DNA from: an uncultured bacterium
GTDB lineage: Bacteria > Verrucomicrobiota > Verrucomicrobiia > Limisphaerales > UBA8199
Direction: 5' to 3'
Length of the DNA stretch: 64,000 nt
Assembly: GCA_963749495.1 (NCBI GenBank)
Contig: CAVVMW010000024.1
Coordinates: 64,001 to 128,000 of the forward strand
The notes below the pieces were generated by a model. That model ran no database searches. It was given only the letters and a program-made list of their open reading frames with translations, and was not told the DNA's origin. The position numbers were made by a program, and so were the translations under genes. Below, piece after piece: positions 12,044-23,073 of the stretch (positions are counted from its first letter, which is position 1; each line of letters starts with the position of its first letter).

Positions 12044-15000
12044 GCAGCGCAGCCATTGCCATTCACGGGGCGCGCGAGCACAACCTGAAGAACATCTCGC
12101 TGGAGGTGCCGCGCGGCCGATTGGTGGTGGTGACCGGTGTGAGCGGTTCGGGCAAGAGCACGCTGGCGTTTGACCTGCTCTTTGCCGAGGGCCAGCGCCG
12201 GTTCCTGGATTCGATGAACGTCTATGCCCGCCAGTTCGTCGAGCAACTCTCCCGCCCGGACGTGGACGTGATCACGGGCATTCCGCCCACGGTGAGCATC
12301 GAGCAGCGGACCAGCCGCGGGGGCGGCAAGAGCACCGTGGCCACCGTCACCGAGGTCTTTCATTTCGTGCGCCTGCTCTTTGCCCGGTTGGGGACACAAT
12401 ACTGTCCCGATTGCCAGGTGGCGGTCGAGGCCCAGACCCGCGACGAGTTGGGCCGCCGCCTCCAGGCTGAGGCGCGCCGCCGGGGCCAGTTGGTGCTCCT
12501 GGCGCCGGTGGTCAAGAACCGCAAAGGCTTTCACACCGACGTGGCCGAATGGGCCGCCAAGCACGGCTATGGCCAGGTCCGGGCGGACGGCCGGCTCTAT
12601 CCCACCAGCGAGCGGCTTCGGCTGGATCGATTCCGCGAACACAACGTGGAGATCGTCGTCGGCGTCCTTTCCCCGAACCGGACGACGAGCCGCAAGGTTT
12701 TGGAGTGCGGCAGTCCTCTGCCGCTTTCGCGTCCCCAGGGTTCGAAAAGCGGCAGAGGACTGCCGCAGTCCAAAACGCTTCGCGTCGGGCCACACCCCCC
12801 GGTTCACGGTCCCAAAGCGCGCTTCCAGGAGCGTGGGGGCTTTCCATGAACCGGGGCCAAAGCCGCCAGTCCAAAGCGCTTCGCGCACAACGAGGCCCGC
12901 TCAGAGGCGGCCCCAAGACACCCCAGCAATTGGTCGATGAGACGCTGGAGCTGGGCAAGGGGACGCTCCTGGCCTGCGACAGCGCCGGCCGGGTCTCCGT
13001 GCACTCAACCGAACGCGCCTGTCCCCATTGCGGCCGCTCGTTCGAGCCGCTCGACCCGAAGAACTTCAGCTACAACTCGCCCCAGGGTTGGTGCCCGCGC
13101 TGCCGCGGGTTTGGCGAGCTGTTCTACCTGCCGGACGTGGACCGGGGCGCGCGCGCCGATGCCATCGAAGAGTCCTGGTACGAATGGCAGGAGGGCAACC
13201 GGGAGACTTGCCCGGAATGCCGCGGGGCGCGGTTGAACCCGGTGGCGCGGGCCGTCAGGCTGGACCTGGAGCAGGGCCGGGGGCGGGCGGTCCGCAGGCA
13301 GTCTGCCACGATCGAGGACCTCTCACAATTGTCCGTCGAGGCGGCGGCCAGGCTCTTCAGCGGCGTGAGACTCAAAGGCCGCGCCGGCCTCATTGCCCGG
13401 GACATCCTCCCGGAAATTCGCGAGCGGCTCAAATTCCTGTGCGAGGTCGGCCTGGGCTACTTGCAACTGGGCCGCGGCGTTCCCACCCTTTCCGGCGGTG
13501 AAGGCCAGCGCATCCGGTTGGCCGCCCAACTCGGCTCCAACCTGAGCGGCGTGCTCTATATCCTGGACGAACCGACGATCGGCCTGCACCCCCGCGACAA
13601 CGAGCAATTGCTGGCGGCGCTCCAGAAACTCAAGTCGCGTGGCAACTCCGTCCTGGTCGTGGAGCACGATGAAGAGACGATGCGGCGGGCGGACTACATC
13701 ATCGATCTGGTCGGGGCCGGCAGCCACGGCGGCCAGGTTGTCGCCGCCGGCACCCTGCAGCAACTGCTGGGCCACCCGGACTCCATTACCGGCCAGTGCC
13801 TCCGAGCCCGGAGGACCTTTCCCACACGCGGCTATAGGCGGACGGTCAGTCCACAGTCCACAGTCCACAGTCCACAGTCCACGGTCCACGGTCCACAGTC
13901 CACAGCCCAGAGTCCGGATGTCAAATCCCAGAGTCCGCCGTCCGGGGCAAACAGGAGTCATTCGTCATTCGTCATTCGTCATTCGTCATTGCCCACTCCC
14001 CCCTCGCCAGGCTGGCTCACCCTCGCGGGTGCGTGCCGGAACAACCTCAAGGGCCTCACGGTCCGTTTTCCGCTCGGACGTTTGGTCCTGGTGACGGGCG
14101 TGAGCGGCTCGGGCAAGAGCACGCTGATACGCGAATGCCTGCTCCCGGCGCTGACCGAGGCGCTCAAGGCCTCGAGGCACGCGCACCCAGCCTGGCGCAA
14201 CCGCCCTCACGCCTCGCTTCTGCCCCTGGCCGGCTACGAATCCATCCAGGCGGTCTATGAAGTGGACCAGGCCCCGATTGGGCGCACCCCGCGCTCGGTC
14301 CCGGCAACTTACGTCGGTTTCTTCGACATCATCCGCCAGTTGTTCGCGCAGGTGCCCGAGGCGCGATTGCGCGGGTATTCTCCGAGCCGGTTCTCGTTCA
14401 ACAGCGCGCAGGGCCGCTGCCCGGAGTGCGAGGGGGCCGGGACGATCAAGCTGGAGATGAGTTTTCTGCCGCCGGCGTTCGTGCGCTGCGAGGTGTGCGG
14501 CGGCACGCGGTTCGACCGGGAGACGCTCGACATCGAGTATCATGGCCGGAACATCGCGCAGGTGCTCGAGATGCCGGTGGAAGAGGCGATGCAGTTCTTC
14601 AGCAGCATTCCCAGGCTGCGGCGCGCCTTGCAGGCGCTGTGCGACACCGGCCTGGGCTACCTCAAGCTGGGCCAGACCAGCCCCACCTTGAGCGGGGGCG
14701 AGGCACAGCGGGTCAAGCTCGTGACGCACCTGCTCGCGGGCTTGAGAGGGCCCGAGGAGTCGGGCCGCCTTCTCAAACCCAACCTCTTCATCCTCGAAGA
14801 GCCCACCATCGGCCTCCACATCGCAGACGTCCAGCGCCTGGTGGACGTGCTCCAGCGCCTGGTCGATGCCGGCCATTGCGTCATCGTCATCGAGCACAAC
14901 GTCGACGTCATCGCCGAGGCTGACTGGGTGATTGACCTGGGGCCGGAGGGGGGCGAGGGCGGCGGGCGCATCGTGGCCCAAGGCACGCCCGAGCAGATCG

Positions 15001-15062
15001 CCCGCAATAAACGCTCCCACACCGGCCGGTTCCTGGCCACTGCCCTGGGGCGGGGGCGGTGA
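12040..15062 (+). CDS. uvrA: UvrA, C-terminal half of a double-length UvrA (frame break near 12846)
   Basis: TTG start overlaps the Uma2 stop; GAREHNLKN, two Walker A motifs, [13 protein letters not shown]. Confidence 0.85.
13848..13990 (+). repeat. Heptamer cassette (AGTCCAC)~8 ... (CATTCGT)4, in frame in the second uvrA half
   Basis: Same peptide motifs as the cassette at 10579. Confidence 0.9.
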
Positions 15063-15154
15063 GATTTCAGATTTCAGACTTGAGACCTCAGATTTGAAAT
15101 CTGAAATTTGAAAATGGACTCGGCACTGTCCACGGCTTATTCTAGCGGTTGAAT

Positions 15155-15760
15155 ATGATCCAGGCCGTGGTTTTCGACTTGGGCAAAGTGCTCGTCGAGT
15201 TCGATTACAGGATTGCCGCGCGGCGAATTGCCGCGCGCAGCAGGATGTCCGCCGAGCAACTCATGGATTTGATGGTCCGCTCGCCCCTGTTTGTGGAATA
15301 CGAGAAGGGCCGCGTGACGCGCGGGCATGTCTTCGATGAAATCCGCGGCGCCACTGGTTTCGAGGGCAGTCTCGAGGAGTTCGCCCGTTCCTTCGGCGAC
15401 ATCTTCACGGAGATCCCGCCCATGGTCCAACTCCAGGCGGCCCTGCGCCGGCGCAGTCTGCCCACCTACATCTTTTCGAACACCAACGACCTGGCCATCG
15501 AGCATCTCCGGAGCGCCTTCCCGTTCTTCGCCAATTTTGACGGCTATGTGTTCTCCTACGAGCACGGTGTGATGAAACCCGACGCCCGGCTCTACGAGGT
15601 GCTCGAACGGCAATCCGGCAGGCGCGACGGTGAGCTGCTTTACCTGGATGACCGGCCGGAAAACACCGCCGCGGCCGCCGCGCGCGGCTGGCAAGTAATC
15701 CTCCATGAATCACCCGAGAAATCCCGAACCGCAATCCGGAACCTGGGCCTGTTGCCCTAA
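15155..15760 (+). CDS. HAD family phosphatase
   Basis: FDLGKV motif I, SNT, KPD and LDDR. Confidence 0.85.
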   Translation: MIQAVVFDLGKVLVEFDYRIAARRIAARSRMSAEQLMDLMVRSPLFVEYEKGRVTRGHVFDEIRGATGFEGSLEEFARSFGDIFTEIPPMVQLQAALRRRSLPTYIFSNTNDLAIEHLRSAFPFFANFDGYVFSYEHGVMKPDARLYEVLERQSGRRDGELLYLDDRPENTAAAAARGWQVILHESPEKSRTAIRNLGLLP

Positions 15761-16538
15761 GACCGCGCGCAAGCCGCAGCCCGGTGGCTTTACGCTCATC
15801 GAACTGCTGGTCGTCATTGCCATCCTGGGCATCCTGGCCGCGCTGTTGCTGCCGGCCCTGGCCCGTTCCAAGAGCAAAGCCGAGGCCGCCACGTGCGCCA
15901 ACAACCTCAAGCAACTCCACCTGGCCTGGGTCCTCTATGCCGAGGACAACGCGGACCTCCTGGTCAACAATCACGGTGTGCCCGAGACCCTGGCCCGGCG
16001 CCAGACCTGGGCCAATAACGTCGAGGACTGGATGGCCGACGACGACAACACGAACCTGGTCTTCCTGACGGACTCGAAGCTGGGGCCGTTCGCCAGCCGC
16101 TCCGCCAGGATCTACAAGTGCCCGGCCGACCGCGTGCCGGCGCCCAACGGGGACCGCATCCGCAGCATGTCCATGAACTCATTGGTGGGCAACCCGGGCG
16201 AGTTGACCAACCGCTTCAATCCCGCTTATGTCCAGTTCTACAAGAACACCGACATCCGAAACCCTTCCGGCATCTTTGTCTTCCTCGACGAGCACGCCGA
16301 CACCATCAACGACGGGTTCTTCGTGAATGTCCTGGACCAGATGGCCTGGGGCAACCTGCCCGCCTCCTACCACAACGGCGCCGGCAACTTTACTTTCGCC
16401 GACGGCCACCTCGAACGGCACCGCTGGCAGGTCGGGTCCACTATCCGCCCCGTCCAAAAGGCCCGCATCCCCTCCTTCGCCGCAAACCCGTCCACGGATT
16501 TCGATTGGCTCAAGGCCCGGGCCAGTTACAGGAAATAG
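15705..16538 (+). CDS. Prepilin-type N-terminal methylation domain protein with H-X9-DG motif
   Basis: [28 protein letters not shown]. Confidence 0.85.
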   Translation: MNHPRNPEPQSGTWACCPKTARKPQPGGFTLIELLVVIAILGILAALLLPALARSKSKAEAATCANNLKQLHLAWVLYAEDNADLLVNNHGVPETLARRQTWANNVEDWMADDDNTNLVFLTDSKLGPFASRSARIYKCPADRVPAPNGDRIRSMSMNSLVGNPGELTNRFNPAYVQFYKNTDIRNPSGIFVFLDEHADTINDGFFVNVLDQMAWGNLPASYHNGAGNFTFADGHLERHRWQVGSTIRPVQKARIPSFAANPSTDFDWLKARASYRK

Positions 16539-16896
16539 GGGCCAGCAGGTTGGCCTGGCCAGGCACCACGCAGCGGGCCCGCTCCGCGCGCGCAAATTCC
16601 GAGAGCACTTCCGCCACGTAATCTGCCACCGCCCGCTCCCGGATGTCCGAGCGCCGGAAGACGTGCCGCACCAGGATGTAAAAGTAAAAACGGGTCGAGA
16701 CCCGCAGACAGCCCCGGCGCTCGAGTAACGCGTGGAAGAGGGCCTCATCGTCCAGAATCACATCCCGTGACTCCTCCTCTGCCAACAGCTTCACCAGACA
16801 CTCCGCCGTCCCCGTCTTCGGGCCAAGCACCGACAGGATAAAATCGATGTCTTCAGCCGCGAACTGGACCCGGCAGTTCGGTTGAATCATTTTCAT
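16510..16896 (-). CDS. Hypothetical protein, possibly 3'-truncated
   Basis: Protein-like ORF whose end runs into the convergent prepilin gene. Confidence 0.55.
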   Translation of the reverse strand: MKMIQPNCRVQFAAEDIDFILSVLGPKTGTAECLVKLLAEEESRDVILDDEALFHALLERRGCLRVSTRFYFYILVRHVFRRSDIRERAVADYVAEVLSEFARAERARCVVPGQANLLAPISCNWPGP

Positions 16897-18167
16897 CGTC
16901 TGCTCTGCTGCGATTTCGACGAATCACCCGGTTGCGCCTGCCTGCCGGCGCCCTGCCCGCCCTGATTCGGGTTATGCCGAGTGTATCGCACCGCCTGGTC
17001 CATGAAAAGTCCATCTTTTCGCCCGATTGTCCATGGGGCGCATCGCGACATTGCTGCAGGGCTGCAGCCGCTGCCTGCCACGAGCAGTTTCCGCTGCCAG
17101 ACCATGAGGTCGTCCTGGTGTTTGTCCCAATTGTGGGCCAGGTCGGAGAGCATGGCGCGGCTGGCGATGAGAGTGGGGTCGATGCCGAGTCTGGCGGCCT
17201 GGGCATCCCGGCGGGCCTGGAGGTCCAGGAAACGGCGCCGTTCCCCCTCGCTGGGGCGGCGGCTGATCGAGCGGAGGATTTTCGGGTGTTGTTCGGGGGA
17301 AAGGCCCAGGCCGGCGGCCACTGCCTTGAGCAACCCGCGCCGGCGCCGCTCGCTCAGGTGCCGGGGCAGGAACGGCTCGACGGGCCGGGCGGTGGCGGCC
17401 GCGGCGGCGATGTCCACCAGTGCCTGGTGGCTCAGGATGAAAAAGGGCGGCTTGTTGGCGGCCAGGGCCTCGGTCTGCCGCCACCGCCATGACTCGCGCA
17501 AGATGGCCAGGGCAGGCCGGCCCAGCAGGTGGCTGCCCTTGATGCGCCAGACCGAGTCCATGTCTGCCGGGCGCTCGCGAGTGGAATCCGCGATGAGCCG
17601 GGCGCAGGATTCCTGGTGCCAGTTCAGCCGCCCCATCGTTTGCAATTCCGCCCTGAGCCGGTCTGCCAGCGGTTTGAGATAGCGGGTGTCATTGCGCGCA
17701 TACCGCTCCATGCGTTCGGTCAGCGGGCGCAAGGCCCAATTGGCCTTTTGCGGCCCTTTCTCGAGCCTGGCGCCCAGGTATTTCTCGACCAGGCAGCTCA
17801 GGCCGAACTGGCGGTGGCCCAGGAGGCGGGCCGCCAGCATGGTGTCGAAGATGGAGGCGGGGACGAAGTCATGGTGTTTGCGCAGCAACCGCAGATCGTA
17901 ATCCGCCCCGTGCACGAGCAATTCGTGCCCGGTGAGCGTCTCCAGCAACTCCCCCAGGTCCAGCCCTGCCAGAGGGTCGATAAGCCGGTCCCCGGAAACG
18001 GTGCTGATCTGTATCAGGCATACCTTTTCCGGGTAAGCGTGCAGGCTGTCTGCCTCGGTGTCCACCGCCACCCACGTTGCCGCCCGCAAGACCGGCAGAA
18101 AAGCAGCCAGCCTCTCTTGCGTATCAACCACGAGAAAATTATAGGGGTGCTGCTCTAAAAGAGCCAT
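16893..18167 (-). CDS. rnd: Ribonuclease D-like 3'-5' exonuclease with HRDC domain
   Basis: AVDTEADS, CLIQIS, FDTMLAA, WALRPL and YARND motifs. Confidence 0.85.
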   Translation of the reverse strand: MALLEQHPYNFLVVDTQERLAAFLPVLRAATWVAVDTEADSLHAYPEKVCLIQISTVSGDRLIDPLAGLDLGELLETLTGHELLVHGADYDLRLLRKHHDFVPASIFDTMLAARLLGHRQFGLSCLVEKYLGARLEKGPQKANWALRPLTERMERYARNDTRYLKPLADRLRAELQTMGRLNWHQESCARLIADSTRERPADMDSVWRIKGSHLLGRPALAILRESWRWRQTEALAANKPPFFILSHQALVDIAAAAATARPVEPFLPRHLSERRRRGLLKAVAAGLGLSPEQHPKILRSISRRPSEGERRRFLDLQARRDAQAARLGIDPTLIASRAMLSDLAHNWDKHQDDLMVWQRKLLVAGSGCSPAAMSRCAPWTIGRKDGLFMDQAVRYTRHNPNQGGQGAGRQAQPGDSSKSQQSRR

Positions 18168-18413
18168 AGGAAAAGCGGGGCAGCCCGAACCGGGCGGCAA
18201 ATCGAACCGGGCGAGGCCCGCCTGGCGCGAAGCGTTTTGGACTGCGCCAGTCCTCTGCCGCTTTTCCAACCCCAGCGCGCACGAAAGCGGCAGAGGACTG
18301 CCGCAGTCCAAAACCTTGCGGGCTTGGCGACGGTTCATGGAGAGGGGAAACCCGGCGGTCAAATCCGCGCTGGGTCTTGCGGATGGGCCGGTCTTATCCG
18401 TAATATGCCGGGG

Positions 18414-19901
18414 ATGAATCTAGCCGGCGCCTTTGCAGAATCTGTCCAACGGCATCCGGGGAAGAGCGCGTTATGCTGGGGCGAGCGCGAATACTCGTAT
18501 TCGGAGTTGTGGGACCTGACGTGCTTGGTCTCCGGCCAACTGAAGCGGCACTACGCGGTCAAGCCGGGGGATCGGGTGGGGCTCTGGCTCAAGAACTGCC
18601 CCGAGTTCATCCCGGCCTTGCTGGGAATCCTCCATGCCGGCGCTGTGGCCGTGCCCATCAACAACTTTCTCAAGACCGACGAGGTGAACTTTATCGTGGG
18701 CGATGCCGGCATCGATGTGCTCATCACCGACGAGGAGTTGGGTTCCCATTTCCGGGCCCTGGCCGCCGCGCGCCCGCAATTGCGGCTGCTCCAGGCCCAG
18801 GAGGCGGCAATCCGGGGACACGCCCCCGGCGGCAGGAGCCAACCCCGGCACACGGGGGACCTGGCCGTGCTGATTTACACCTCCGGCACCACCGGGCGTC
18901 CCAAGGGGGCGATGCTCTCCCACGGCAACCTCCTGCACAACGTCGAGAGCTGCCGTATCGTGCTGCAGACGGTGGAGGCCGACCGTTTTGTGGTCCTGCT
19001 GCCGTTGTTTCACAGCTACATGCTGACGGTGGGGCTGCTGTTGCCTTTGGTGGTGGGGGGCTCGATCGTCCTGGTCAAGTCGGTCCACCCCGTCAGGAAC
19101 GTCCTCCAGGAGATCCTCCAGCGGCAGGCCACGGTCCTGCCTGCCATACCGCAATTTTACCGGAGCATGGCCAACGCCCCCATCCAGGGTCCTTTGCCCT
19201 TGCGCGTCTGCGTGAGCGGGGCAGCCCCGCTGCCGAGGCAGATCCTCCACGATTTCGAGGCCCGGTTTCAAATCCCGCTCATCGAGGGCTATGGGCTGAG
19301 CGAGGCCAGCCCCGTGGTCACCAAGAACCCCTTGGACCGCACTCGCAAGGCGGGGTCCATCGGCTTGCCCATCGCCCATGTCGAGGTCAGCATCCAGGAC
19401 GATGCCGGGCGGTTGCTGGAGGACTACCAGGTGGGGGAACTCTGCGTGAGGGGCGGCAACGTCATGCTCGGCTATTGGAACCAGCCCGAGGAGACCGCCA
19501 AGGCCATGCGCGGGGACTGGCTCCTGACCGGCGACCTCGGCTACCGCGATGCCGAGGGCTACTATTTCATCACCGACCGCAAGAAGGACATGCTCCTGGT
19601 CAATGGCATCAACGTCTATCCCCGCGAGATCGAGGAGGTCCTCTACCAGTTTCCGGGCGTCAAAGAGGCCGCCGTCATCGGCAAGGCCGATTCCCGCAGG
19701 GGCGAACAACCGGTGGCTTTCGTCGCGCCCGAGGAGGGGACGCTCCTGGAGGAAAAGACCCTCCTCCAGTTCGTGCGCAAGCGGTTGGCCGACTATAAAG
19801 TCCCTCGAAAGGTCCTCTTTCTGCCCGCCTTGCCCCGGAACGCCACGGGCAAGATCCTCAAGACCTCGCTGAGACTGATGCCGGTGCCGACAGAGGGCTA
19901 A
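18414..19901 (+). CDS. Long-chain fatty acid--CoA ligase
   Basis: YTSGTTGRPKG, EGYGLSE, TGDLG and LPRNATGK motifs. Confidence 0.9.
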   Translation: MNLAGAFAESVQRHPGKSALCWGEREYSYSELWDLTCLVSGQLKRHYAVKPGDRVGLWLKNCPEFIPALLGILHAGAVAVPINNFLKTDEVNFIVGDAGIDVLITDEELGSHFRALAAARPQLRLLQAQEAAIRGHAPGGRSQPRHTGDLAVLIYTSGTTGRPKGAMLSHGNLLHNVESCRIVLQTVEADRFVVLLPLFHSYMLTVGLLLPLVVGGSIVLVKSVHPVRNVLQEILQRQATVLPAIPQFYRSMANAPIQGPLPLRVCVSGAAPLPRQILHDFEARFQIPLIEGYGLSEASPVVTKNPLDRTRKAGSIGLPIAHVEVSIQDDAGRLLEDYQVGELCVRGGNVMLGYWNQPEETAKAMRGDWLLTGDLGYRDAEGYYFITDRKKDMLLVNGINVYPREIEEVLYQFPGVKEAAVIGKADSRRGEQPVAFVAPEEGTLLEEKTLLQFVRKRLADYKVPRKVLFLPALPRNATGKILKTSLRLMPVPTEG

Positions 19902-20185
19902 ATCGAGACAACCAACTTTGCGACAAAGGATGTGCCGATCTTGCAAGGCTGGGCGTAAGCGCAGGGCAAGATCCGGTCCACAAGCGCCGTCCTGGCATTG
20001 GTTTTGCCTCGGATTTGATCAAGAATCGGTCTTTTGGCCTGGCTTTGGCCGGATTATTGCTCTCGGGGAGGGCGGTTCAGGTCCTGGGCCTGCCTTTTCG
20101 CTGTTGACGCTGATTGGAGCGGCCCCCTAAGCTAATGCCAGTAACTGCTCCGGCGCATGAAGCCCCGGCGCGGCAAATGTTTTCT

Positions 20186-20413
20186 ATGCCTGAAGGATAC
20201 TGCGTCAAGTGCAAGGCCAAGAAGGAAATCGTGAACGGCGTCGAAGAGACGATGAAGAACGGGCGCAAGGCCATCAAGGGCAAGTGCCCGACCTGCGGCA
20301 CGGTGATGTTCAAGATCCTCGGGGGCAAGGCCGCCGCTGCCCCTAGCGCGCCGGAGCCCGTTGCGCCGCAGCCGGCCACGACAGAACCGGCCAAGCCCAC
20401 GACAATGCCATGA
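20186..20413 (+). CDS. Small zinc-ribbon protein (DUF5679-like) with Pro/Ala/Thr tail
   Basis: YCVKCK...GKCPTCGT. Confidence 0.7.
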   Translation: MPEGYCVKCKAKKEIVNGVEETMKNGRKAIKGKCPTCGTVMFKILGGKAAAAPSAPEPVAPQPATTEPAKPTTMP

Positions 20414-20419
20414 TGTGCT

Positions 20420-21592
20420 ATGTCTGAGGAACTTGCCTATGTCATCATTACCCCCTACTCGCTGCACAAGTCGCGGACCGGGGGGATACTGAGCCGGCTG
20501 ATTACGCGGACGGGCCTCGAGTTGGCGGGGGCGCGGATGTTCGGGCCGAGCGCCGAGCTGGTCAAACGTTACTCGGATGAGACGATTTCGGCCAACGACC
20601 CGCAGGACCGGCGCATCCAGGAGTTGATCTACCAGGTACATCCTGCGCAACCTGAGCCCGGACCCCAAGAGCGGCCGCAGACGGCGCGTCATGATGCTGC
20701 TGTTCCGGGGGGAAGACGCGGTGCGCAAGACCCGCTCGGTCATCGGCAATATCAGCGCCGAGCGGCGGGGCGGCGAGACTATCCGCGATACCTACGGCGA
20801 CCTGATGATTGACGAAAACGACCAGGTCCGTTACTTCGAACCAGCGGTCCTGGCCGCCCCCACCCCGGCGGAGGCTGAATCCAAGCTCAAGCTCTGGGCG
20901 CACTACTCGGACACCGACGGCGGTGTGCTGGAAAACGTCATCGCCTATCAGCCCGGCGAGAAGCCCCAGCGCACCCTGGTCCTCATCAAACCGGAGAACT
21001 TCCGTTTCCCCACGGGCCTGCCCGGGAACATGATCGATTTCTTTTCCCGCTCCGGCCTGTTCATCGTGGCCGTCAAGGTCCATCGCATGAGCGTGGCCGA
21101 GGCCGTCGAGTTCTACGGTCCCGTCCGCGAGACCCTGCGGACCAAGCTCAAGGACGTGGTTGCCGCCAAGGCCAAATCCGCCATCGAGAAAGAACTGGGC
21201 TTCAAGCTCGGCCCCGGCAGGAACAACAATTGGGCGACCTCCTTGGCCCCTCGTTTGGGGACAACCAGTTCGAGAACATCGTCCGCTTCATGTCCGGCCG
21301 CGCCCCCTCCGAATGCCCCCGGGGCGAGCAGGGCCGTCCAGGTTCCGAGAAGTGCATCGCCCTGGTCTATGAAGGCGTCGAGGCCGTCCGCAAAATCCGC
21401 GATATCCTCGGTCCCACCGACCCCTCCAAGGCGCCCCCTGGCTCGATCCGGCGCGAGTTCGGCCAGACCGTCATGGTCAACGCCGCCCACGCCAGCGACT
21501 CGCAGGACAACGCCCGCCGCGAAATGGACATTATCAAGGTCGGCGAGAACCACTTCCGCCAGATCGTCGAGGAGTTTTACGGGAAGGTGTAG
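20420..21592 (+). CDS. ndk: Two-domain nucleoside-diphosphate kinase (frameshifts near 20633 and 21215)
   Basis: RTLVLIKP, GPTDP..PGSIR and NAAHASDS across three ORF pieces. Confidence 0.75.
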
Positions 21593-21774
21593 CGCGGCTC
21601 CGGCCCTTTGGGCCGGCAGAACCTAGCCCAGGGCTGAGGCCGCCAGGCCGATGCCCTGGGACCATGCCCCCGGAAGATTCGGCGCCCCTGAAGGGGCGCC
21701 AGAGCCCTCTGGCGCCCCTTCAGGGCGCACGGCCCCGGTTTGACGTGAATGTTCATGCGGGGTCAACGTTGAGC

Positions 21775-22413
21775 TTTGTCCCGGAGGGACATCCCGAGAA
21801 TAGCCCGGCGCTTCAGCGCCGGGTACGATGCCCAAAAAACCCGCGTCCCGAAAGGGACGCCTGAAGCTCAGTCCCATAAATACCGCTCATCGTACTCGAT
21901 GCGATGCTTCTTGAGCATGGCCAGAAATTCCTCCTGGAATGTCCTGCGCCGATGGTGCTGCTCCTGGCCTTGGATGTAGCGAATAGTTTTGTCCAATACC
22001 GACACGCTCACGCTGAAGGCGCCAGACTTCTCCTGCCATTGGAAGCGCCGGTGCTCCGGGAAGCTCTCATGCACCCATCTTGAGGAGGCGCCCTTAAGGA
22101 GTTGGAGGGCTTGGGCCATCGAGAGGGTCGCGGGAAGCGACAGCAGGATATGGACGTGATCGGGCGTGCCGCCAATCTCGATGGCTTTCATCCGGTTCTG
22201 ACGGGCGATGCCGCCCAGGAAGGGCCAGAGCCGTTCCCGTAGCTCGGGCGTGATCAGGGGGCGCCGTTCCTTCGTGCTGAAAACGCAATGCAGCCAGGAG
22301 CTGATGTATGACACGCGGCTGATTCAACCGTCCCTTCGGGACGGAAGCAACACTAAAGGGGCTGTCCCGGCGCTGAAGCGCCGGGCTATTTTCAGGTGTC
22401 CCTCCGGGACAAA
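21775..22413. mobile_element. REPtron-like element: Y1 transposase flanked by ~90-bp inverted multi-hairpin repeats (21775-21865 and 22323-22413)
   Basis: Flanks are reverse complements sharing TTTGTCCCGGAGGGAC..AATAGCCCGGCGCTTCAGCGCCGGG..GTCCCGAA(A)GGGACG. Confidence 0.8.
21868..22314 (-). CDS. tnpA: IS200/IS605-family HUH Y1 transposase (RAYT-like)
   Basis: HCVFSTK, DHVH (HUH), KGASSRW, WQ..GAFSVS and YIQGQ (catalytic Tyr). Confidence 0.9.
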   Translation of the reverse strand: MSYISSWLHCVFSTKERRPLITPELRERLWPFLGGIARQNRMKAIEIGGTPDHVHILLSLPATLSMAQALQLLKGASSRWVHESFPEHRRFQWQEKSGAFSVSVSVLDKTIRYIQGQEQHHRRRTFQEEFLAMLKKHRIEYDERYLWD

Positions 22414-22523
22414 ATCCCCTAGTCGCACGTCCGACACTTTTAATCGCACCCGCTCCTGGCACATCATGAACCAAGCATGAAGCGTTGGACGACTGCGGTA
22501 CGGCGGTGGCGGAAACTACTTTG

Positions 22524-22946
22524 TCAACAGCCCTCCCTCCAGAGGCGGGGATCGGCGCGGAGCGTCTCGATCAGCCTGGCATCGGCGGCGGGAAAGGCGT
22601 AGTTGGCTAGTTCGTCGGGGCCAATCCATCTGAAATCGGAGCAATCCAGCGGCTGCGGCTCGCGGGCCGTCAGGGTGCAGCGATAGAACCGCAGGTGCAC
22701 GGTCTTGCCGGGGTAGGCATGGGTCAGGCTCTGGACCAACTCCCCGACGGCGACCTCGATGCCCAGTTCCTCCCGCAACTCGCGTCCCAGGCAGGCCTCG
22801 AAGGTCTCGCCCGCCTCGCGTTTGCCGCCCGGGAATTCCCACAGCCAGCCCAAGTGCGCCTCCCGGTGGCGCTGCGTGATGAGCAGCTTGCCGCGGCGGA
22901 AGACCAGGCCGGCGGCGACCTGGATGGGCTGGGGAGAAGATGGCAT
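22524..22946 (-). CDS. mutT: NUDIX hydrolase, MutT-like
   Basis: WEFPGGK..GE...RELREELG Nudix box; FPAAD. Confidence 0.85.
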   Translation of the reverse strand: MPSSPQPIQVAAGLVFRRGKLLITQRHREAHLGWLWEFPGGKREAGETFEACLGRELREELGIEVAVGELVQSLTHAYPGKTVHLRFYRCTLTAREPQPLDCSDFRWIGPDELANYAFPAADARLIETLRADPRLWREGC

Positions 22947-23073
22947 TGTGTTGAATTCCTTAACTGCTGCGACCAAGCTGCTTGCCGGCCGCCAAGACCC
23001 TCGGGCGCGGCAAATCGAAAATAGCCAATGGCCAATAGCCAATGGCCGAGGGGCGCACGTCAGTCCTTGGGGT

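Noticed and set aside
21868..22500. IS605-type TnpB/IscB RNA-guided system
   Set aside because: No RuvC-type ORF next to tnpA.
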